A DNA stretch of 64,000 bases, from contig NC_087436.1 in the NCBI RefSeq assembly GCF_036321535.1, positions 56,918,001 to 56,982,000 on the forward strand. Reading direction: 5' to 3'. This stretch comes from Camelus dromedarius. Taxonomy: Eukaryota. Positions 52,264 to 64,000 of this stretch are shown here, piece by piece. The notes beneath the pieces are model-generated. The model was not told the origin of the DNA, searched no databases, and was given only the letters and a program-made list of their open reading frames with translations. Each line of letters begins with the position of its first letter. The first letter of the stretch is position 1. The translations under genes were made by a program, and so were the position numbers.

Positions 52264-52665
52264 TGTTCACCTCCAGAACACCAAGCCATAGCACCAAACT
52301 TGGTCTCTTTTCTTTTTTTCTGATCACATAGCTAGACTACTTCCCAGCCTTCCCTGGATGTACACGTAATAGTGTGACTGAATGTTTGCCAGTGGAAAAG
52401 GAGCAGAAGAGCTAAGCGCCACCCCCAGGCCTGGGCCATGCAAACCTCCAATTCACAACCCACTGTGCTTTTCCATCTATCGGGGTGTCCTTGAATGTCA
52501 CATAGGGAAGACGGCAAAGCCACATAAAGGAGAGAACTGAGTTACCGCTTGCAGTAAAGCTGTCTGCTTATCAAAAATCCCTGTTTTGACTTTATGTGAG
52601 CAAGGAAAGAAAAACAAAAATTATTATGGTAAAGCCTCTGATTTGGGGAGGATTTGTCTGGCTTA
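52264..52665 (+). mobile_element. MaLR LTR (MLT1-type)
   Basis: gctagactacttcccagccttccctg...gtgtgactgaatgtttgccagtggaa...gactttatgtgagcaag...ggtaaagcctctgatttgggg. Confidence 0.72.
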
Positions 52666-52873
52666 AAAAGTGTTTTATTATATACCTCAGATATACCATC
52701 ACCAAGGAGTAATTGTAGTTTAAAATTTTGTATTAATCATTTCTTCCTGAAGATAATAATGGGGTTAATTTTAGATGGATCATTAATAAAGAAATGAAAC
52801 CCTCCTTTCCATAAAACCCCTAGGTACTATCAATTTTAAAATAAAGAGGAAAGTTCAGATGTATTCATAGTCC

Positions 52874-52918
52874 TGTGGTTTGCAGTCTGACTTGTGGTTT
52901 GCAGTCTGACTTGTGGTT
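52874..52918. repeat. 19-bp tandem repeat (tgtggtttgcagtctgact) x2.4
   Basis: Read directly. Confidence 0.95.
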
Positions 52919-54411
52919 CAACGCTGAGGATAACTTAAGCCCCCAAAGGCCCACCTAATCTTGTCAGAGAAGAGATAACCAGAGTGAGGAAGTGTTTTCT
53001 GTGCCTTCACCTTTAAGTTTTACCGCTACTCATGTGTATTATCTCACAAATGGTCTGCCAAAGTGCCTAGTATTTAAGATTAAAATCCTACAGAATGCTC
53101 TCCAAACTCCAAATTAAACTGTCCTAACATTTTTCTAAACTCTCTCTCCAGTTGAGCTTTGCAACTCTGAGTCTAGGCCTCCAGTCCCACATTTTAAAAA
53201 TATTTTTTAATATCAAGCATATGACTCTTCCTATTAATCACACTGTAAAAGACTGGTTTCATTTTCAATACTGGATCCATTCCTCTGTGACTGGAGGAGG
53301 CCTCCAATTCTAAGCTAATGAACTATAGTAATTATTTAAGCCACTTACTTATACCGAACACTGCACAAAACAACTTGGAAGAAAAGTGACAGCTGTATCC
53401 TTGGCAGGCAGATACGTGCAAATAAGTCTTTTTAAATGTTGCGCTAAAGTTTTTATCTAACTACTCCTTGGGACTTGCAAATGAAAAACAACTTAGTTAC
53501 ATAGGTTATAAAGTAAATAAATCGCACCTGAAGGAAATGCAGTTTTTGAAAAGATATGCTCTGAAGATAAGGTTAAGTTCAGGATGTGACTTTTTTTTTT
53601 TTTCCAGGGAGTAGGAGGAGGGAGGCTGGAGGGAGAAATGGAGAGAGAGAATATGAATGAATTATAAAGGATTCACATCTTGAAAATGTTACTGAAAGAA
53701 AATAAGAGCACACTGAGGATTGTATCCTTGATACTGAACACAAATTTCCTGTAACTTCCATATGGAGAGACTGAAATACTAAATTAATCAGCTAGTAACA
53801 ACAGAAAATTACATGATTTGAAGCCCTTTGCTGTGCACAATAACTAGCAAAGCTGAATAAGAGTTTATCCTAATTTGTGTTGATATCCCTTCCCCCAAAT
53901 AATTGGGGAATCATTCAAATAAATCAGCAGTTAAGTAGGAGATTTAAAATGTTTTAATAATTACATTTTCATTAGGCTAGAGATCATCTATTTTCAACTA
54001 TCAATTAATCAGTTATTTGTGTTTATGATTTTATAAGGTAGTTCGGATAGGTGAGTACAAGATTAAAAAACTCACCAATCCAGGGTGGGCCCAACCAACT
54101 GCATAGAATGTTGCTGTTTAGCAGCATAGAAACAGGATTTTATTTTGGTCTACCTTTTAGTTGTTTTAACCTCTGTATCGTCAAGCAGTCCCTTCATTCT
54201 GAACTCCTTCTGTTATGTGGGGAGAAGAGGATCTAAGTATTCCAAAATCTAAGAGAAAGCTTTAATTTAATTTTATTTTAAAAACACAAAGATGAGAGTC
54301 AGCAGGGGTAATGAGGTTTCTAGTTTATCAATATTACTGTATTAGAGGAATAGAAACTTTAGGAAACCATAAATATATTAGTTTATATTCCTGATGAGTT
54401 CCATTTTTAAT

Positions 54412-54494
54412 TCTTTTTTTGAATGGAGGTACTGGGGATAGAACCCACCTGCATGCCAAGCATGTGCTCTACCACTGAGCTACTACACCCCACC
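54412..54494 (-). mobile_element. tRNA-Ala-derived SINE (Vic-1-like), internally deleted
   Basis: aatggaggtactggggatagaaccc...gcatgccaagcatgtgctctaccactgagcta preceded by a T run. Confidence 0.8.
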
Positions 54495-55371
54495 TTTTAA
54501 ATTTTTTTGATTGGGATTTACCTAGTCTTCATGTTCCAAACAGCACAGTTTAATGGGCCATAAAGTAAAGGAAATAACTGGTCTTTTATTTAATTTAGAG
54601 TTCAAAATGCTAACCATGTAAGAACACGTTCCAAGTCAAAACTTGCTTATCAGTAGGAGGAACTGATTACTTTGAAATAACTGCCTAAAGAAAATCATAG
54701 GTTGTTGAAACTGCTGATGCTATTTCAACCTGAGATTATATATTTGATCAATTATTTGCATGATTGCACAACTCCCAAGTAAAAGATTTCTAATCTGAAA
54801 AATTAACCACAAAACTCATGTGGCAATCAAACCTACAAATAAAAACTGCAAAGTGAGTGGGAACAGCTGAGACTTCCTCAAGAAGAAAAAAGTGAGTGCG
54901 GTATTTCCATTTGGGGCTAAGAGCAAACTCAAGATACAGATAAATAGATTAACTATTTTAGAAGAAGAATATAGTAAATAAAAAAAAAAGAACTTTTCCT
55001 TTTAAAATGGATCACTATACCTTAACAGCTAAAGACCCTAAATTATTTCTACGTTTTAGTAGACTGAGGTAGCAACAGATCAGTACTAAAATTGGGTTTC
55101 TAGAGTTTTAATTATGTAACTAAATTGAATTATGAACATACACTGCTGAGCGCCTAAGTATTTAAGTTGACCACTTGAAAATTAAAGTTCATGGGTCATT
55201 TTTCCCGTGAACATCTAAGACCTTTAATCTCAAGCGTTAAGTTACAACATAAGGTAACATAGATAACGTCTTTACATTTTAAGGGAGTGATAATGAAAGT
55301 TTCCTCATGAGAAAATCCAAGGATCTCAGAAAAGAAACTCAGTTCTTCATGGAAGCACATAGATGAAGTAT

Positions 55372-55806
55372 TGTATTAGTGTATCAGGGTTCTTCAAAGA
55401 AACAGAGCTAGTAGGGGTGTGTGTGTATGTGTGTGTGTATGTGTGTGTTTATTATAAGGAATTGTCTCACATGATTTTGGAGTCTGGCAAGTCTCAAGAT
55501 CTGCAGGCTGAGTCAGCAATCTGGAGATGCAGGGGAGCCAGTGGTATAGTTCAGTTCACAAGCCAGCAGACTGGGGGCACAGGAAGAGCCAATGTCCGGT
55601 CAGACAGGAGGAATTCTCTCTTTCTCAGGGGCAGGGGCAGCCTTTTTGTTCTATTCAAGCCTTCAGTTGATTGGATGAGGCCCAGTCTATTTAAATGTTA
55701 ATCTCAACCAACAATAGTCTCACAGAAACACTCAGAATAATGTTTGACCAAATATCTGGGCACCTTGTGGCCCAGTTGAGTGGAAACATAAAATTAAATC
55801 ACCACA
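55372..55806 (-). mobile_element. ERVL LTR (MLT2-type) with internal (TG)-rich repeat
   Basis: tgtattagt..cagggttcttcaaagaaacaga...ttataaggaattgtctcacatgatt...cagaataatgtttgaccaaatatctgggcacc...cataaaattaaatcaccaca. Confidence 0.85.
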
Positions 55807-55879
55807 AGTGTGATGACCGGAGTCACTGGTGTCACTTTCTCCACTCATGTGTCCTCTGCATTGAAGTGGCCGTGCATGG

Positions 55880-56125
55880 GGAAGTTATAACATGGGCTAA
55901 GGATTAAAATGCTTGTGTTAGACTCCTGTCTCCATAACTTATTCCCTGGGTGACCCTGGACAAGCTGACGCTATGTGCTTCTAATTCTTGATTAGCAAAT
56001 TAGGAATAATAACAGTCCTTACTTCATACTGTTATTATTGTTGTGAAGAGCAAATGAAATGAAATATTATATATGTAAAGCACCTAGAAGAATAACTAGC
56101 ACATAATAGGAATTCACCAATGATA
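55880..56125 (+). mobile_element. MIR SINE
   Basis: gggtgaccctggacaag...aataataacagtccttacttcata...atgtaaagcacctagaa...gcacataatagg. Confidence 0.75.
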
Positions 56126-59100
56126 CTCTATATTACACAAAATTCATGGAAATGAAATTCTTCTTAAAAATCCCTGCTTCATGTATTTTTGTTTTCTGCT
56201 TAACTGTTTCAGTTTCATACAGTATTCAAAAGTACTCATACCCATACTTTTTCACTTGCTCCAACAGTTTTTCCTGTTAAGTGTTCAGTAGCACATTTAA
56301 TAAAACTCTCCTAAAACATTTTGACACATTCATAGCACAAATATATCTTATACGTATGGTGATTAACCAACACTAAATGGCTGTGGCTAGTAACTGCCAT
56401 CAAAAGAATACAAAGAAAAGGAGAGAAAGACATGTTCCAATTTCTCAAAGAATCTGTAGCTCAACTGAAGTAAATTAATATACAGGACTTGAAAAAAATA
56501 TAGCACAATTCTAGACATTATTATAGTACAACGAGGACAAGAATTCTCACTGTGCTAGAGAGGAACAAGGGTTCCCAGCCTTCTCTCTTCCCCTCCATCT
56601 CAGAAGAGAACTGTTTGCAAAACTGAATATTGCATTTTGTTTATGTAGAGTCAGAAGAATAAGAAAAGCCAACAGAAATCTTAAAAAAAAAAAAAAAAAA
56701 GGCAGACAAGCTGGTAGATCAAGATAGTGAAGAGGAAGGAAAGGGAGGAAGGAAGAAGGTGGGGGAAACAGAGTTCTTGGGGCTGTGTCCTGGGTGAGTG
56801 GGTGGTAGCAGACGAGGTCTGGAGGACCCGGAAAGTGCAGGGTGATAATGTGGGGAGGCTGGCTGCTCTTTTACACTGCATCCTCTCGTTTCCTGCTTTT
56901 TGGCTCACCCTGTGTTTCATCCTACTCTGATTTTGCTGAAGCCTGAGCTCAGGTTTTGGGGCCTTGCTCTACTTGCGTTCGTCCCCCCATTTCTTTGAGC
57001 AGGCTAGTGGCTGGACTCCCCCCTGACCCGGCATTGTCACTGATTGGTGTTATTGAGTGAACCGGCTCTGGTGTGACCCCAGAAATGATCTTCCTCTTCT
57101 CTGTGGCCCCTCTCTAGAGCCAACAGCCTGGGCTGGGAGAAAACTGCTCAGACCTCACCAGCCAAGCCTTGGCCCCAGGTGTGTTGAGTGTCAGAGAGTT
57201 AAGAACAAAGGTTAGTTGATGCTAATTACTTAATATGATTGTATAAAATTGTTTTCTTACGTATTACTATAAGACAAGTAGCATTTAAGATGATTAAAGG
57301 GGAGAGAAGCCGAGGGGCAAGAGATTATAACAGTCAAGTGGTGAACTACAAAGGCTTGTAAAAGTAACTGCTCTGAGTGGAAACTGGTGTGAATCAAAGA
57401 GATGCCTATAAAGAGATCCAGCAGGCTCTGGTAACCACAAAGGTAAGGGAGGCAAAATGTAACTATGGGCAGTCAACAGTGACTTTGAGGTCTTAAAATG
57501 GGGTAATAGCGGGACAGCGACAAAACTGTCAAATATGGTGGTAGATTTGGTAGAGACTAACACAGAAACAACAAACTTTGTGTTTGCCAAGGTCAGCTTA
57601 ACTCAGCAATGGGGTATCTTGCTGAATTGGAGTTATGTAGGAGATAGAAAACAACGTGTTTGAGTATTTTTCAAAAATGTTTGCTGAAACCACAGGTTGA
57701 AAATCACTCCCTCAGTAGAGAGAAAGTGAAAACTATTCAGTTGCATCATTGTAATGCCTCTAAAGAGACTCCGAACAATCCCTGATTTATGAAGAGTTAT
57801 GTGAAGACTTTTTAAAAAAGGTATGATGGTTTCTAAACTTCCCACAAAGGGAAGAAAGTAAAATCAACTCTAAGTTGACCTTTTGCATCTACTGTCACAG
57901 GGAGATATTTCTGGACTTCTTAGCTGAAGGTAGTTTTTTAATATAAAGGAAATGATTGACACCTGTGAGTAAATATTTTTTATTTATATTTCAGGAATAA
58001 ACTTTTGCTCCTGCCTAATAATGTCTCCTACAAAGTTGAATAATCTAGGTTGGTTGGAGGGTGAGGATCAATTTCATAAACTAAGAAAAGTCAAAGATTC
58101 TGCCAAATCAAGACCAACTTTTCTGAAGTGCTGATAATGACTCAGTACATTAGAAGATTGAGTAACTTGTGTGTTAATTAAGGTAAAATCATCGCGAGTT
58201 TAAATCTTGCACTCAGGTTCCAAAACTCTTTGACATTAGCAATTTTATAATGGAGAGTCTGTTGCTGGGTTTAGCTTTGAGTCCTTTCTTTCCCTGATCT
58301 ATGAAATTCATAAAGGTATATCTACTTTAAAAGATTTTCAAAATGAGATTTATTACACGTCCCTATGTGCAAGGCTCTGTTGGGTACTTTTGCTAAGGGG
58401 TGTTTTTTTAAATACCATTCTTTCACAGTGTAAACAGGAAAGATTTGGAGTGGGTGGATTAGTTGGAGGATGGAACAGGGGAAAGCATTTGGGGATGGAG
58501 ACTTATTGTGGAAGGATAAAGTGAGAGACAAGACATTTCTTGGCTCAGTTCCCAGTATTGTTTGCCAGACACGTTTTGTGTGTGGAACAAGCAGCATTCA
58601 CACCCGATAGTACCATTTTCTAATCGACTGGTGGTGCATTTAAGTTTATATGTGACAGTGCTGTGGAAATTAAAATTCCAAAGGATTAATTACAATTAAC
58701 CTTTGGTATACTTGCCAAAGGCAAACATAAAGAACAAAAGCAACACTGAGGAGCCTCACTGGTTTCACTCTTGTCATCTGTATAAAATGAATGAGCTTTG
58801 CCAAAAAGCAAACCAGTAACTTCTCCTCACTCTGTTTGGAAGACTAGCATGTCTCACTCTAAGAGACCGAATATGTCCCAAAGTAATTGGCAGTGAGTCG
58901 TGAAATGGTCTTCTTCCACCAAGTATATGTCATTTGAGCAGTGTTTCCAAATCATAAGGCTAATTTTCCATGTCCCTGAACCTCAATCTTGTTAAGTTAG
59001 GCTACAGGGAAAAAAGTGGAAAATAAATTAAATCCAGCTGTGATCATTCTGCATCCCTCTACATAACCCTAGAGATGTTTATGAGGCTCCAAGGTTTCAA

Positions 59101-59533
59101 GGAACATGTTATGAAAATCAGTGCAAATTCTTTCTTGTTTACATTGAAATTCCCTGTGAGAATTTGAAACTTCAATAACTGTGAGGAAAACAGGAAAAGG
59201 GGCCTTTTGTCAACACTTAACCTCTGTTGTAGCTTTCGGTGGCATTCAGAAGAAATGACACGGGTCATTTGTTGGAAGAATTTTGAGAAGGATGTTTTTA
59301 CATTAAAATTTAATGTATTGTCTGGAATTGCTAGCTAAGATTACCCCTATTGTAGTAACTAGTAAAGAACTGTCAGGGTTGAGGCACAGACAATTGGAAC
59401 GAAAGAGAGAACGTGTAAGTTTAATATGGAAAAAAATTGTTAGTGAGGACAAGAATGTATACTTTTAGATAAGGGGCAACAGTGTCTGTGTCTAAAGAAA
59501 ATCCAAATGAGATAGTTTTTAAAAATCAAAAAT

Positions 59534-59680
59534 GGGGGAAGGTATAGCTCAGTGGTAGAGGGCCTAGCATGCATGAGATCCTGGATTCAATCCCCAATAC
59601 CTCCACTAAAAAAACAAATAAACCTAATTACTTCCTCTACTGAAAAAAAAAAAAATTTAATAAAAAGTAATAAAAAAATA
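59534..59680 (+). mobile_element. tRNA-Ala-derived SINE (Vic-1-like)
   Basis: gggggaaggtatagctcagtggtagag...tagcatgcatgagatcctggattcaatccccaatacctcca followed by aaataaacctaattacttcc and an A-rich tail. Confidence 0.87.
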
Positions 59681-62600
59681 AAAATGGAAAGGACTAGGAA
59701 GATGATTCAAGTTAAGCCCTGATCCTGATTCTAGCCCTGTTCTTCTTGAATCAGACTGTCTTTCTGAAATGTTGTCAGAAATGTCTGAAATGGTTCTTCT
59801 TAGCTTTTTCTCAGACTGATGTCAGAGAAGGCTCCTCCTCATTCTCATGGTTGCTACTGAATGAGAAGGAGCTGCCATGACCAAGGGGGCCACATTCCTT
59901 ACATGGACTTGAGTGCAGTGCTCATCAAAGATCTGTGCTTGCTTGGACTGTGCCAGCTCAGCACTGGCTGTTCTCAAGGGAAAACACTGTGAAACTTCAC
60001 CAGTCTGAGTTAGAGGATTAGAGATCATAGCTGCCAAGTCATAGTTCATGGTTGAGTGCCGACAGTTGACACTCCAGGATGTTAGGATGAAAGGCATCTT
60101 ATTGATATGGTTTGTCAGTGTCAGGTGAAGTTTTCCCTCCCAACCCACCACACCCATTTAAGTGCTTTTTCCTTAAAAAGAAATTGACTGGCAGTGAAGT
60201 CTTGAAATGCAGAAGGGAAAGTTTCTGGGAGAAGGTTAAAAAAAAATCCATATTTCAGAACAGAAAAGAAATAAAACAGTTAAATCAGCGATGAATAAAA
60301 ATAAAATTTGGGATGAAGAAAATCATAGGATGTGGAAATAGGGAAAAAACAATGGAAAAAATTAGAAAAATACAATATAACAGACAAGATAATGCTACAG
60401 ACTTAAACACTGCAATAATTCAGTTTCTTATTATTCTTGCCTTTTGAGTGTTAACTAAATTTAAAGTATTTCTAATGATGGTCAATTTAATATTTTTACT
60501 GGCAACTTAGGTTCTTGGCTAAACTTCCTAAAGCTATTTATGGACATTTTCCCTCGCCTGCCTATAAAAATACATCACTGGAGTATTTTTAACAGCAAAG
60601 CCTGTATGAGACAGTTTATTTCGTGACCTGTCAGATACTTGTGGCTGCTTCTAAGTAGCCTCATTCGTAAACTCTTGTTTGTGGACTTTTTTTTACCCCC
60701 AAAGTGGTGTCATTTTCACTAGAAAAAAAAAGAAGGAAAAAAAAAGGTAGTAGTGAATACACTACATAAGGGTAAAACGTCACCTTACGTAACTTCACAC
60801 CACTGCGGGTATTTTGGTTACCTCCAGAAATAATTTTTAAATCTAAGTGATGCTGAAGAAGGAATCTGTTTTCTTTTTGATACAAACCAAAGCTACTTCT
60901 GTCTTATTTTTCTTCAAGCTTCAGCATGATTTATAAGCAACAAGAAGTGGACAGAGAACCAAAAAAAAATTTTTTTTTAATATAAAATGAGCTATAGGGA
61001 GGGGTGTTTTTGAGAGGTTATTAAATACCATCCCCTACCTCCAACCAGGAATATTCTCACATCACATAGATCAGAAATAGCAGGTGAGTTCCCTTGCACA
61101 TGCCAATCAGTCATCACCGATCACTTGCTAGTGTCACCTGGAGAATCATACTGAGAAGGCTTGGGAGATTATGTTCAGGCCCAGCAAGAAAAGGTGTAGT
61201 GGTTTTGAAATCTTCAAGAATTTTTTCCAAAAATGTTAATACATTTAGAGAAGTTATGCTTATATTTGGCAAGAAGAAATGTTCTAGTCGGTCAGCAGCA
61301 CAGAGATGCTTACCTCCGTGCCTTACATGGTATTCTTCTGGATGAATAAACTCGTTAAAAAAAATTAAAGGTCCCCAGGCATTTGGAAGAGCAATTACAT
61401 TAGTCGCTCACAGCTTAGTGGTAACTAATTAAATAATCTAACCCCTAGGTGAGATCAGTGGAGCTGTGGGAATGCAGTGGACCGTGACGATGGGAGAAGA
61501 GAAGGAGACACTAGAAGGCTTCCTAAAATGTAAAATTCTTTTGAGAGAATTTGGCTCTTGAGGTTGCCAATGTCTTATCCAGGTCACTGACGAAAATATC
61601 AGATAGAAGCAGGCCTTGGTTTGACACCTGCTAAATATTATTTATGTCTGAAGGCTGACATCAAACCACTTGTAACCATTCTATTTATAAGTTTCCTGAG
61701 CCCCCTTCCGAGTTTCCAGAGATAAATTATAGTAGTGCTCTTGGCACTTAGCTGATAGATTTGCCTGAAAATACAGTTCCCTGAATGAGGGTAGGAGTCT
61801 TCTTCCATGCCTCTACTTCCCTCTAATATTCTGGGATGGTGGAAATTGTATGAGACAAAAATTGAAAAGACTTGTATTTTTGCTCTAGCTGACCCTTGTT
61901 AATTGCATAATTTTGTACCTCAGAAATGCAGCTTAGCCCAGATCAGCATTTCCCAGCCTGTGGGGTCTTGATTTCCAGAGGGTCCTGTCTATTGCCAAGG
62001 GCTCACAAATGCCTGTGCTCCCCAGAATTGTCTGACTGAGGACCACTGCCACATGTGAAAGATTGTGGACCTATGACGGTCCAAAGAGGACTTCTGAAAA
62101 GGGTGAAAAACACTGCCATAGGTTATGAACAAGCATCTGTCTCTCTGCCTTAGCTTTTAACTCAGACCCCTCTTCTATATTTGACAACAGGAGGAATAAT
62201 CACTTCTATTTTACAGTAAAATAACCTTGAGGCATAGAAACATATAATTAATTAAGTTCTCTCATATTATGTGAAGGCTTCTTATTTGATGTAGGAATTA
62301 AATACAGTCTTTTGAGTTTGTTTTTTTCAGTTAAGTACCATATATGATCTTTATTATATTTGGTTTATTTCCCTCATGATAATTAAATAAGCATGGATGT
62401 GTGACTATGTATTTGATTTTATTAAAATTTCCTTTGTTGATAGATTCCAATGAGAAGCAGGAGCAGAGTGTGCCATGAGCTGCTTTCGTAAAAGCTGTGA
62501 TTTGGCTTTTGCCAGAATTGAGTGGTGGCGTCTCACTGTCAGCTAATAGGAGCCATGGCACCTTGGCTCTCTGCAGAGCTAGCTGCGTGATGCCCGGCAC

Positions 62601-63806
62601 TCCTTCCCCAGTGCCAGGAGATATTTCACCTATGATGTCAAAACTCACAGGACAGTTGAACTCAGAAAGCAGGTTGTGTACTCAGTAGGACACCAGAGAA
62701 AGTTGCTCAGGTCATACAAACTGTATTTGGAACTGATGTCTTTGAGAGATCAAACTTCCACTGATTTTTAAAAAAAACTTTAACCTTAACAAATTTTCAC
62801 AGGGAGAACATGTGTAGGGAGCTACATACACACTTACGTCAAGTGTCTTAACTGATGAATGCCAGGAATTGTGGTGTTTCTTAATTGTGTGTAGAAAGAT
62901 TTTCCATTTCCAAGAGTTGGTGAGATTTAAAAAAAACCTAACTAGAAAAAATGATATTTCCATCTTAGAAGTGTCAGTTTAGTGGGATAACAATAAATTC
63001 AATGATTCTCTTCTTTCAGACCCCAGATCTTATGCTTTAGGTAAGGGGTAGCCTATGTGTTTATTTCAAAGGAGTTTGTGAACTTTCTTAGGCAAAAAGC
63101 CTCTGTTGACTGATTTAAATAATATATTTTGTGCATTTGTGCTGCTGTCTTTTAAATGTATACTATTGTGGCTAATACAATATTAATTCATTAAAATGTG
63201 TTGTTGACATAATATTTTTCACAGTATTGTCTTTATTTTGTGTGTGTGTGTATTTAATCTACTGACCTTGAGTTTGAGAGCTGTCACATGGGGGGCTATG
63301 AAATTTTGCTTGTAAAGGGCCCTCAGTTGGAAAAGGTTGGGAACCACTGTCTTAATGGATTCCAGGTAGAGTGACAGGCAGGTGGAGAGGTATTTTTGGC
63401 AAAGGGGCTTTCTTGCTGCAGCTGCCTGTGTGCTAGGATAAAGGGCAAAGCATGTCTTGAGAAGAAGCAAACTTAACTAGCATTCAACAGGCCACAGACT
63501 AAATTATACTTGTAAGAATAATGTTTGGGGTGAGAAATGATTTCTCTCCCAAATCCAAGGTGTCACCTTTATTTCTAAGTTATTGGACCAAAATCATAAT
63601 AAAAACAACAGATCTAAAATGTTCTATTGGATCTCATATTTCCAGGTATTGTATCTCTAAACCACTGGTATTTTAAAGTTAGTAAAGCTACATAATGGAT
63701 ATTGCTGTAAGAGGAAGAAAATGATAAAGTATTACCTGGAAGAAATATTAAACCGCTACAGGGATAAAAGGTTATGCTTGAGTGAAACTAGTGCCAAGTG
63801 AGGTGG

Positions 63807-63825
63807 CTACCGCCCTCTAGTGGTT
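63807..63825 (-). promoter_or_regulatory. CTCF motif AACCACTAGAGGGCGGTAG
   Basis: Matches the core CCASYAGRKGGCR with no mismatch and retains its CpG. Confidence 0.65.
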
Positions 63826-63912
63826 CTCTCTCTCTCTCTTTCTCTCTCCCCCAACAACCTCTCTTTCTCTCCCCCATCCCCCTCTCTTCTCTCTCTTTTT
63901 CTCCCCTCTCTC
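63824..63912. repeat. (CT)-rich polypyrimidine tract
   Basis: Read directly. Confidence 0.9.
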
Positions 63913-64000
63913 AAGTGCCCTAGACATTTCCCTGAGAAGTTTACTTTTCCTCTTATTTAATCGGAGTATCATAAAAAAAAACTAAAAAGAAAAGAAAAAA

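Overview
Mammalian genomic DNA, most likely a camelid (Camelus/Vicugna/Lama), inferred from four copies of a tRNA-Ala(AGC)-derived SINE matching camelid Vic-1. The window holds the 5' end of PDLIM5 (ENH, Enigma homolog) on the minus strand: a CpG-island promoter (~31.6-32.3 kb), non-coding exon 1 (donor after 32036), a 3.3-kb intron 1, and exon 2 (28718-28581) with a 42-nt UTR and the first 32 codons of the PDZ domain. A long intron 2 runs off the left edge. The right half (~32.3-64 kb) is upstream intergenic DNA. The rest is old interspersed repeats (L1, L2, MIR, MaLR/ERVL LTRs, MER2B, Charlie/MER5) and simple repeats. I found no evidence of a new multi-gene system. The best leads are regulatory: CArG/SRF, MEF2 and CTCF motifs, a candidate poison exon, a stop-free in-frame leader, an inverted SINE pair, and an ORF2-deleted L1. 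Repeat family names come from recalled consensus sequences and their boundaries are approximate unless a TSD is given.
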